13,380 nt of DNA, taken from contig JBMFLH010000029.1 of assembly GCA_049971295.1 (NCBI GenBank), forward strand, positions 1-13,380, written 5' to 3'. The position numbers were made by a program, and so were the translations under genes. Shown here in pieces: positions 1-7,418 of the stretch. The notes below the pieces were generated by a model. The model saw nothing but the letters and a program-made list of their open reading frames with translations. It was not told the origin of the DNA and did no database searches. The stretch is from Candidatus Ratteibacteria bacterium (lineage in GTDB: Bacteria; Ratteibacteria; UBA8468; B48-G9; DTJG01). The stretch's first letter is position 1, and each line of letters starts with the position of its first letter.

Positions 1-236
1 ATTTCAAGTTTTACAAGTAAAGCAAGGAACAAAGGATAAAGAGGTGGTCTGTACGCTTTCAGACTTTCTCCAACTATCAATCCATGACCCTGCAAAAAAT
101 TTTCTACCATTTTCCAATATTCATGTTCATCATCAAAATAAAACTCTGGCTTAAGATAAAAAATAAATGCCACTCTTAAGATGAATCCGATGAGAATTAT
201 GAATAAAATTTTTTTGCTAAGAATTTTGCCCGCCAT
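1..236 (-). CDS. GT-C fold (ArnT/PMT_2-like) membrane glycosyltransferase, N-terminal part; runs off the window edge
   Basis: Not in the ORF track. Manual translation from ATG at 236: MAGKILSKKILFIILIGFILRVAFIFYLKPEFYFDDEHEYWKMVENFLQGHGLIVGESLKAYRPPLYPLFLALLVKLE..., open to the edge. It shows TM1 followed by R, an acidic DE-x-x-Y loop and an RPPLYPLFLA motif. It overlaps the deacetylase 3' end by 40 bp. Confidence 0.85.
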   Translation of the reverse strand, partial: MAGKILSKKILFIILIGFILRVAFIFYLKPEFYFDDEHEYWKMVENFLQGHGLIVGESLKAYRPPLYPLFLALLVKLE

Positions 237-886
237 ATTTTTACCCTGAATACGAAAAATGAATTATGTCCATAAATACCTATTCTTGGAAGCGCGTATA
301 TGTCAAAATTACCCTTCCAGTTTGTCACAACTGCACCAGTATATCCCGCATTTTTAACCATCTCCCTGATTTTTTTGTTTTGTTTGCCATACGGATAACA
401 GAAAAAATCTATTCTTCTTCCGATGTTTTTCTGAATAAATTTTTTTGACTCAAAAATCTCATCCCAGGCATGTTTTCTATCAAGGGTAGTAAGGTCAGGA
501 TGGGTAAGAGTGTGAGAACCAAAGTCCACATTATACCTTAACATCTCCTGAACTTCTTTCCATTTGAGGTATCTGTCTTTTTCTCTGTCTTTGTATCTGT
601 CATAAATTTTCTCAGTACCAATAAAATGCGCAATGAGAAATATTGTGGGCCTGATGTTATATTTTTTTATCACAGGGTAGGCAAAAAAATAGTTATCCGC
701 AAAGCCGTCATCAAATGTTACACAAAATCTATTTGTGAATGATTTTTCCTCAATGTACTGATAAAGAGACACAGGTTTATATCCCCTGTCGAGCAGGAAT
801 TTTACCTGAGATTCAAACATTTCAGGCTTAATGCTTAATGCATCGTCAGGATACCAAGGATTTATTCTGTGATAAGCAAGAATCAT
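197..886 (-). CDS. Polysaccharide deacetylase, CE4/NodB family (IcaB/PgaB-like motif order)
   Basis: Motifs ILAYHRI, VTFDDG, GSHTLTH (metal-binding His pair), FCYPYG and LPRI. No signal peptide or TM segment. ATGA overlap with the upstream GT2 stop. Confidence 0.9.
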   Translation of the reverse strand: MILAYHRINPWYPDDALSIKPEMFESQVKFLLDRGYKPVSLYQYIEEKSFTNRFCVTFDDGFADNYFFAYPVIKKYNIRPTIFLIAHFIGTEKIYDRYKDREKDRYLKWKEVQEMLRYNVDFGSHTLTHPDLTTLDRKHAWDEIFESKKFIQKNIGRRIDFFCYPYGKQNKKIREMVKNAGYTGAVVTNWKGNFDIYALPRIGIYGHNSFFVFRVKIWRAKFLAKKFYS

Positions 887-1602
887 TGTTTTATCTTAAG
901 TTTTTTAAGTCTGTAAGAAATGATTAACCAGATCATTTTTAGGCCTAAAACAAAAGATTTTCTGAAACTTCCTGTTACAGAAGATTTTCCAATCCTGGGT
1001 TTATAGTTCACCGGAATTTCAATAAATCTCATTCTGTGCTTTGCAACAAGTATTGTTAACTCCGGACCAAAATGCTGGGTCCCCACTGAAAAATATGGCT
1101 TTACTTTTTCATACAAATGTCGTTTTATCAATCTCATGGTGCAACCAACATCTGTAAGGGTTGTTGTGTTATACAAAAATTCAAGAAGTTTTGCAACCGC
1201 CCAATTACCCCATTTCAAAAATGCTCCCATATTTGCACCCTGCCATATTAATTCTCTTGTTGTTCGTGTGCCAATCACATAATCAAAATCATCTGAATAT
1301 GCGAGCAGTTTAATGACATCCCTGCCTGAAAATGTGCCATCTGGTTCTGAAATAATTAAAAGGTCTCCTGTTGCTTCTTTCAGCCCTTTCCATATTGCAT
1401 AGCCATAGCCCTGCTTTTTTTCATAAACAATCTTTGCTTGTGTCTTTTTTACTTCTTCATCTGTTCCTTCAACCGCGTTATTATTTACAACAATAATTTC
1501 GTCCACAAAGCCAGAAGCAAAAAAATCTTCTATTGCATCCTTGATAGAACCCTTCTCATTATAAGTCGGAAAAATCACTGATACCTTTTTATCTCTCCAC
1601 AT
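883..1602 (-). CDS. Glycosyltransferase family 2, DPM1/ArnC-like polyprenyl-phosphate glycosyltransferase
   Basis: VSVIFPTYNE, QGYGYAI, DYVIGTR, LTDVGCTMR and EIPVNYKPRIGKS. Start moved from 1635 to ATG 1602, supported by an AGGAGA Shine-Dalgarno upstream and a TAATG overlap with the preceding stop. Confidence 0.88.
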   Translation of the reverse strand: MWRDKKVSVIFPTYNEKGSIKDAIEDFFASGFVDEIIVVNNNAVEGTDEEVKKTQAKIVYEKKQGYGYAIWKGLKEATGDLLIISEPDGTFSGRDVIKLLAYSDDFDYVIGTRTTRELIWQGANMGAFLKWGNWAVAKLLEFLYNTTTLTDVGCTMRLIKRHLYEKVKPYFSVGTQHFGPELTILVAKHRMRFIEIPVNYKPRIGKSSVTGSFRKSFVLGLKMIWLIISYRLKKLKIKQ

Positions 1603-2275
1603 TATTTTTCTCCTAATATCACTTCGTGCGCACACATAGAATTAAAAAATGGAATACTCTCTATACCCTTTTTTAGAAAAGTGAAAAACGGCATAGAAAA
1701 GCCAGGCGCAAAGTCAGGTACAAACCCTTTTCGTTCGTATTTAATCACAGTTAACCCATGATTCTTCATCTCTCTTATGATAAATCTTCCAGAAAAGATT
1801 TTTTTCACTCCCTGTATCCTGGGGAACACGTTTCATCAACCATAGCCAATAAGGGTTAATTGTGGTCCCATATCAACAATCTTCCTCCAACTTTCAAAAC
1901 ACGTACCATCTCCTTCATAGCATGTTTAAATTCAATATGGGTCAAATGGTGCGATGTGGCAATACATATCACACCGTCAAAACTTTCAGCAGGAAATGGA
2001 ATATCTTTCAAACAGGCACACGCAGTTCTGCCCGGAAGCCTTTTCTCTGCAATTTTTAACATCTCATAAGAAATATCAATGCCATATACATCAAATCCTG
2101 CCTGTAAAAGATGCATACCCAGAAGGCCTGTTCCACAACCAGCATCAAGAATCTTTTTTCTGTTTCCAAAATTCTTCTTGATATACTGAATCCGTTTTTC
2201 AATATAGTGATCGCGGATAAAGTTTTTAAAAACACTGTCATAAATTTCAGCGACTGAATCAAAATTTCCTGACAT
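1602..2275 (-). pseudogene. Class I SAM-dependent methyltransferase split by two apparent frameshifts (real lesion or sequence error)
   Basis: The N-terminal ORF 2275-1856 has ILDAGCGTG, GIDIS, FDGV and RVLKVGG and stops abruptly at WDHN. A third-frame segment NPYWLWLMKRVPQDTGSE (about 1857-1804) bridges it to the 1829-1602 ORF. The reconstructed product is about 223 aa. Confidence 0.8.
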
Positions 2276-3473
2276 GATTCTTCCTGAAATCCTTAAAAAA
2301 CCACAGCGTATAAATACAAAAAACTAACATCAGTGGCATCACAGGGAATCTGTATCTAATGGCAGCACGAATCAAAATTGTAAAAGTCGAAAATGTAACA
2401 ACAAATCCCTGCAATATAAAAAATTTTCTCCATTGTCGAAAAGATAAGAAAAATCCAATCCAGCCCAGGATAATCAGCGGAGTTTCAACAAGAAAACTGA
2501 TAATGACATGCTTTTTGCTGTATGGCTCGCCTGGTCCCGAAATCGTATGTGGGAAAAATCGCCAGAATCTGATAAATCTATCCATTACCAGTTTGAAATA
2601 AAGGGCTGGATTTTTCTTCACAAAGTTAAAGCCCATACGATAGAACCTTCTATCGATTTCAACCTCAGAAAGCCCTCTGAATTCTTCTATATCTTCAGCA
2701 TGATAAAAACCACTCGGTTCACCTAACACCTTTTCATTATTAGCGATATAAAATACTACACCACCTTCGGTTGAACCAAGAACAAGCGTATGATGTATGA
2801 GATAATTGCGAACAACCCATGGAAGAATAATCAAACAACCACTGCAAAAAAACAAAACTTTCTTAAGTAAATTCTTTTTGTAGATAAAAAAATAGATAAT
2901 AATCACAGGAAACAAAACAATGGCAAGAGGCCTGGTCAAGAAAAGACATCCAAATGTGATTCCAGAAAGAAAGCATATTAACAATTTATCTGTCCTCACT
3001 GCAACAACAGACAAAAAAGTTAAAACAACAACGAAAAACGCCGTCAGGGTTTCGGGAGCAAGATATCCTGTCCAGAAAATTGCTACAGGATATACAGCAT
3101 AAGTCGTGGCACACACTCTGGCTGCTTTGTTATTAATCAAAAGTTCGGCAAGTAAATACAAGAAAATAACAGTCAATGAACTTACAAAAGCAAGACCAAT
3201 CTTTGCAGCAAGATAGCTATGTCCAAAAATTTTATAGATACTTGCAAGAAATAAAGGAAAACCAGGGGCTCTCCAAGAATAGAATGGTTTTCCATCAACA
3301 AAATATGGATTGTTTACCCAGTAACCCTGTCCAGAAGCAAGATTCCAACCAAGTTCATCCCACCAGTCTCCCCACACATCAACTGAATTATCCAGTGTGA
3401 AAATGAAACAAATTCGCGCTACAAAAGCGATAAAAAAAATCAACATCAAAATTTTCAAATTTTTCTTTTCCAT
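2259..3473 (-). CDS. GT-C fold (ArnT/PMT_2-like) multi-pass membrane glycosyltransferase
   Basis: Many hydrophobic segments with motifs WNLASGQGY, WRAPGFPLFLA, APETL, LTRP, LPWVVRNY and RYRFP. ATG 3473 (MEKKNLK) is preferred over the 3500 start in the ORF track. Confidence 0.85.
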   Translation of the reverse strand: MEKKNLKILMLIFFIAFVARICFIFTLDNSVDVWGDWWDELGWNLASGQGYWVNNPYFVDGKPFYSWRAPGFPLFLASIYKIFGHSYLAAKIGLAFVSSLTVIFLYLLAELLINNKAARVCATTYAVYPVAIFWTGYLAPETLTAFFVVVLTFLSVVAVRTDKLLICFLSGITFGCLFLTRPLAIVLFPVIIIYFFIYKKNLLKKVLFFCSGCLIILPWVVRNYLIHHTLVLGSTEGGVVFYIANNEKVLGEPSGFYHAEDIEEFRGLSEVEIDRRFYRMGFNFVKKNPALYFKLVMDRFIRFWRFFPHTISGPGEPYSKKHVIISFLVETPLIILGWIGFFLSFRQWRKFFILQGFVVTFSTFTILIRAAIRYRFPVMPLMLVFCIYTLWFFKDFRKNHVRKF

Positions 3474-5170
3474 ATTAAAATGACAGGGTTTGGATGACAC
3501 CAGTCGTACGGTATCTTCTCAGGATAACTGAATTTCAATCCCAGAAATTCTGGCTCCTTTCTAAACTCTTTTATCATTTCATACTCAGAAAGAAGTACCT
3601 TAATATCCTGAAGAGACCCTCCCCTCAGCCACTGATATTCACTTACAATAAAGTATCTGGGCCTGACTCTCGATTTTGGTTCGCCTATTTTTATATCATA
3701 TTTCAAAAATTGAAAAGGGGGAGTCCTCCAGGGTGATGGTGCCTCAAGAAGACCAATTGAAGAATCTTCAGCAATATTTTTGTTAATCCAGCCACCAGCA
3801 ACACTGCGAATATTTTTATCGCAAAACAGCATCACATGCGCAAAAGAAAAAATAAACGTAAATATTAAAACAGGCAAAAGTATTGCCATTGAACCCTTCC
3901 ATCCTATTTTTTTTGCACCATATAGAACAATCAAAAACATATATGGATAGATAACAAAAGAATAGTGAATCCATCTACCAGTGGTCATTCCAAAATACAA
4001 TATACCTGGTAATAAACTTATCAGTATCAACAGAAATCGTTTTTCCATCAAAGAAAACAACAAAGAAAAAACCAGAAAAAAGGCAGTAACCAGCCATATT
4101 CCTGTTCCAAGTCCATAGCGTAAAGACGTCGTTAGAAAGTATTTCAAACTCTCAAAATTTGCAGAGTTTTTCCAGTAGGATTGGATGTAAAAAAGTTCGT
4201 TAACAAATTCTTTAAAGGATAACAAAACATATGGGTTAGTCAGAAGATACGAAGAAACAAAGCATACACAGGAAATAACAACATTTTTAAAAATATTTCG
4301 GACACCGCCGGTGACAAAAAATACAGATAAAATCACAGTAAAAAAAACATAGCCATACGAAAGAACACTGCCAAGAGCGAACCCTGAAAAGATAGAAGAA
4401 AAAATTAGCCATTTCAATTGTTTTTCTTCAAAAAATCTAAAAATACCATAAAGAGCACACATCACCCACAGCATTCCACTGGCATACGGCTTGAGATAAT
4501 GGGACCACATAACAAAGCCAGGTGTCAAGGAAAACAAAATTGCCATCATCAGCGAAATGTTTTGACTTTTTGAAATCCGAAAACATAAATGATAAAAAAT
4601 TATGGTTGCAAAGACAAAAGTAAGAGCCCCGAAAATACGAGAAACCGTGTAAAGATCCCCCATTTTATCCGGATTTTTCAAATAAAAGGGCATACTGGAT
4701 TTTAAATCAATCAATCCTGTCACTGAACAAAGTTTTAACAATACTCCTAATGGATATAAATAGATACCTCCATATTCAAAAAAATGAGGATTGAAGTCAA
4801 ACCGTGATGGATTCATTTTACTTAAACTGGCAAGAACCGCCTGTTCATCAGCACCATAGGACCTGACGAGGTAACTTCGCATGGAATTGATAAGTTCTCG
4901 AGAAATAAATCTCTTTTTTCCACTAATCATAACCTGGATTTTTTCGTCAGGATTATAATCTGGCGGATATGGTGCTCCATAATATATTTGCGTGTCACGA
5001 ATATCCTGATGCGTTTGCAACATAGGTTCTATCAAATCCTCCACAATACTCTGGTCACCAAACACAAGAGAAATTCTCTCGCTATCAGGAACTCCCCATC
5101 TTATTCCTTTTGTGTGAAAGAAAACTCCCACCAGTAGAATAATTCCAACAGATAATATTTTCTTATTCAT
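3455..5170 (-). CDS. Large GT-C fold-like membrane glycosyltransferase (571 aa)
   Basis: TM1 then WGVP, GADE, FNPHFFEYGG, SHYLKP and TNPY, with multiple TM segments and a soluble C-terminal domain. It lies between GT2 and GT-C genes. Confidence 0.75.
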   Translation of the reverse strand: MNKKILSVGIILLVGVFFHTKGIRWGVPDSERISLVFGDQSIVEDLIEPMLQTHQDIRDTQIYYGAPYPPDYNPDEKIQVMISGKKRFISRELINSMRSYLVRSYGADEQAVLASLSKMNPSRFDFNPHFFEYGGIYLYPLGVLLKLCSVTGLIDLKSSMPFYLKNPDKMGDLYTVSRIFGALTFVFATIIFYHLCFRISKSQNISLMMAILFSLTPGFVMWSHYLKPYASGMLWVMCALYGIFRFFEEKQLKWLIFSSIFSGFALGSVLSYGYVFFTVILSVFFVTGGVRNIFKNVVISCVCFVSSYLLTNPYVLLSFKEFVNELFYIQSYWKNSANFESLKYFLTTSLRYGLGTGIWLVTAFFLVFSLLFSLMEKRFLLILISLLPGILYFGMTTGRWIHYSFVIYPYMFLIVLYGAKKIGWKGSMAILLPVLIFTFIFSFAHVMLFCDKNIRSVAGGWINKNIAEDSSIGLLEAPSPWRTPPFQFLKYDIKIGEPKSRVRPRYFIVSEYQWLRGGSLQDIKVLLSEYEMIKEFRKEPEFLGLKFSYPEKIPYDWCHPNPVILIWKRKI

Positions 5171-5831
5171 AAAACCTGTACTTTAATATGGCAAAAATTG
5201 CCTTAAATCCGTCTTTCCATCCAATTTTCTTCCCTGCCTTCCTGGGATGATATGATACAGGAACCTCTCGTATCCTGTACCCTCTTTTTAATATTTTACA
5301 GGTAATTTCAGGTTCAATCTCAAATCTTTCAGATTTTAGATTTAGTCCAGTCAGAATATCTGTGGCACAAAGTTTATAACAGGTTTCCATATCAGTAATG
5401 TTTGAATGGTAAAGCAGATTGGTTAAAAAAGTTAAGAATTTGTTTGCCAGAAAATTAATCTGTGGTAATTTTCTTTTTTCCAGAAAACGGGAACCATAAA
5501 CAACCTGTGCTCCATTTTTCACTGCTTCCATCATTTTAATGATATCAGACGGATTGAGCTCAAGATCCGCATCCTGAATAATCACATAGTCACCAGATAC
5601 ATATGTGATGCCTGTTTTTATTGCCGAACCCTTTCCCCTGTTAAATTTTTGAGTGATGATACGAATCTTTTCTTTTTCTGATAATGTCTCTAAAATCTTT
5701 GCTGTGCCATCAGTGGAACCATCATCTATCACAATGATTTCTTTTTCCAGCGGCAGTGCTATAACTTTTTTAAGAACCTCAGCAATGGTATTTTGCTCAT
5801 TGTAAACCGGGATCAGGACCGAAATTTTCAT
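5163..5831 (-). CDS. Glycosyltransferase family 2, DPM1/ArnC-like
   Basis: Canonical motifs ISVLIPVYNE, IDDGSTDGT, NRGKGSA, QDADLE, VYGSRF, TDMETCYK, FEIEPEIT and EVPVSY. Confidence 0.93.
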   Translation of the reverse strand: MKISVLIPVYNEQNTIAEVLKKVIALPLEKEIIVIDDGSTDGTAKILETLSEKEKIRIITQKFNRGKGSAIKTGITYVSGDYVIIQDADLELNPSDIIKMMEAVKNGAQVVYGSRFLEKRKLPQINFLANKFLTFLTNLLYHSNITDMETCYKLCATDILTGLNLKSERFEIEPEITCKILKRGYRIREVPVSYHPRKAGKKIGWKDGFKAIFAILKYRFYE

Positions 5832-5837
5832 GATAAT

Positions 5838-5866
5838 ATCTTAATATACAGTGCAGAATAATTCAA
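5838..5866 (-). promoter_or_regulatory. Candidate sigma70 promoter for the glycosylation operon (predicted leaderless transcript)
   Basis: Minus strand: TTGAAT (5866-5861), 17-bp spacer, TAAGAT (5843-5838), 6 nt, then ATG 5831. No Shine-Dalgarno sequence. Confidence 0.5.
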
Positions 5867-5891
5867 AATCTGACTGTTTTTGTGATAGAAT
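5862..5891 (+). promoter_or_regulatory. Candidate extended -10 sigma70 promoter for the uppP operon (predicted leaderless transcript)
   Basis: TGTGaTAGAAT (5881-5891; TRTGn plus -10) lies 7 nt before ATG 5899. A weak -35 TTCAAA (5862-5867) has an 18-bp spacer. No Shine-Dalgarno sequence. Confidence 0.6.
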
Positions 5892-5898
5892 AATATCT

Positions 5899-6669
5899 AT
5901 GATTGAAGCAATCTTACTCGGTCTATTACAAGGGCTTACAGAGTTTCTTCCAGTCAGTAGTTCAGGCCATATTTTATTTGCTCAAAAAATTTTATCTAAT
6001 AATTTTGACCTTCCTTTGATAATTTCTGTGCATATGGGAACAGCTTTTGCAATTCTGATTTATTTCAGATATCGCATACGAAAAATGGTATATTCCATAA
6101 TAAAAACTGCTGACGCATCCTATAAAGAAGAACGAAAACTCTGGAAATATCTTATTTTGGCCTCCATCCCTGCCGCCATTGCAGGATTTCTTATTGAACC
6201 TAAAATAGACCAGATACCAGGTGTTACCCTTATTAGCGCATGCTGGATTGTAAACGGATTGATTTTAATTTTCGGAGAATTTTTGGCTCAAGAAAAACAA
6301 AAAAATACACCAATCAATTTATTATCTTCGTCAATCGTTGGAATTGCCCAGGCAATCGCAATTTTGCCAGGTATTTCCCGTTCAGGAATAACAATAATTG
6401 CAGGAAAAAACGCCGGGCTCAAATCTGAAAATGCATTTGAATTTTCTTTTTTTCTCGGCATTATTGCCATAGCAGGTGGTCTTATTCTTGAAATAATAAA
6501 GCATCCACAGGAATTTAATTATGCCAGCATAGCAGGAGCAATCACTGCTATGATTTCAGGTTATGCTGCGCTTGTGTTACTCTCAAAGACTGTTTATACA
6601 AACAAAATGAAATGGTTTGGGTTTTATACAATTCTCGCTGGAATTACCCTTTTTCTCATAAAACCATGA
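5899..6669 (+). CDS. uppP: Undecaprenyl-diphosphate phosphatase (BacA/UppP)
   Basis: Signature motifs LQGLTEFLPVSSSGH and AILPGISRSGITI, plus HMGT and FSF. Start moved to ATG 5899 (MIEAILLG). Confidence 0.96.
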   Translation: MIEAILLGLLQGLTEFLPVSSSGHILFAQKILSNNFDLPLIISVHMGTAFAILIYFRYRIRKMVYSIIKTADASYKEERKLWKYLILASIPAAIAGFLIEPKIDQIPGVTLISACWIVNGLILIFGEFLAQEKQKNTPINLLSSSIVGIAQAIAILPGISRSGITIIAGKNAGLKSENAFEFSFFLGIIAIAGGLILEIIKHPQEFNYASIAGAITAMISGYAALVLLSKTVYTNKMKWFGFYTILAGITLFLIKP

Positions 6670-7418
6670 AACATAAAAAAGTCAGGATTCTTTCGAAAAA
6701 AATTTTTAATGAAAAATATGTGGAATTATTTTTGGAAAATAGATTTGATTCAATCCCAGAACCAGGCCAGTTTGTTCACGTTTTTACCGGTGGCACCTTT
6801 ATGAGACGTCCACTATCAATTGCAGGATATGCCCCTGAGAAAATACGAATTGTTTTTCAAATAAAAGGTCCTGGAACAAAAAAACTTGCTGAATTTTCAA
6901 AGGGGACAAAAATTGATATCCTCGGACCTATTGGTAACAGCTTTCCATCTGTAGAAAAACATCAAAAAATTTATCTTGTTGCCGGAGGCATAGGAATTGC
7001 ACCCCTTTTATTTGTTGCAGATAAATTCATTCAATCAGGCAATGATTTCAAAATTCTTTATGGAGCAAGAACAAAAAATGATCTTCTTGACTTTTTGCTT
7101 TCAGAAGGCAACTACGAAAAAATTGTATCAACAGATGACGGAAGTGCAGGAAAAAAAGCTACGGTTGTCGAAATTTTAAAAAAAGAAATACTTAAAGAAA
7201 AACCAGATATCATATTTGCTGCAGGCCCTTTTGCCATGTTAAAAAGGTTAGGCCTCTTGTGCACAAAAGAAAATATTGATGCCTATGTTTCACTTGAAAA
7301 TGTCATGTTCTGTGGTCTCGGTGTATGTCAAGGTTGTGTAATGGAAACCACACTGGGTTATCAAAGGGTTTGTAAAGATGGTCCAGTATTCCATAACAAA
7401 TTAATCAGATGGAAATAA
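6666..7418 (+). CDS. pyrK: Dihydroorotate dehydrogenase electron transfer subunit
   Basis: PGQF, RRPLSI, GPIGN, AGGIGIAP, TDDGS and the 2Fe-2S motif CGLGVCQGC...RVCKDGPVF. Directly upstream of pyrD. Start ATG 6666 overlaps the uppP stop (ATGA). Confidence 0.93.
   Translation: MKHKKVRILSKKIFNEKYVELFLENRFDSIPEPGQFVHVFTGGTFMRRPLSIAGYAPEKIRIVFQIKGPGTKKLAEFSKGTKIDILGPIGNSFPSVEKHQKIYLVAGGIGIAPLLFVADKFIQSGNDFKILYGARTKNDLLDFLLSEGNYEKIVSTDDGSAGKKATVVEILKKEILKEKPDIIFAAGPFAMLKRLGLLCTKENIDAYVSLENVMFCGLGVCQGCVMETTLGYQRVCKDGPVFHNKLIRWK

Noticed and set aside
1602..1829. 75-aa ORF as an independent gene
   Set aside because: GTG start without a clear Shine-Dalgarno; better explained as the C-terminus of the frameshifted methyltransferase.
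1802..1858. Stop-codon readthrough or an alternative genetic code to explain the methyltransferase break
   Set aside because: The stop is TAA, frame A hits TGA soon after, a frameshift would still be needed, and all other genes read cleanly in the standard code with TGA used as a stop.
5851..5898. N-terminal extensions in the ORF track (uppP 5851, pyrK 6612, ricT 10045, GT2 1635, GT-C 3500)
   Set aside because: Downstream ATGs fit family N-termini, Shine-Dalgarno sites or stop/start coupling better.
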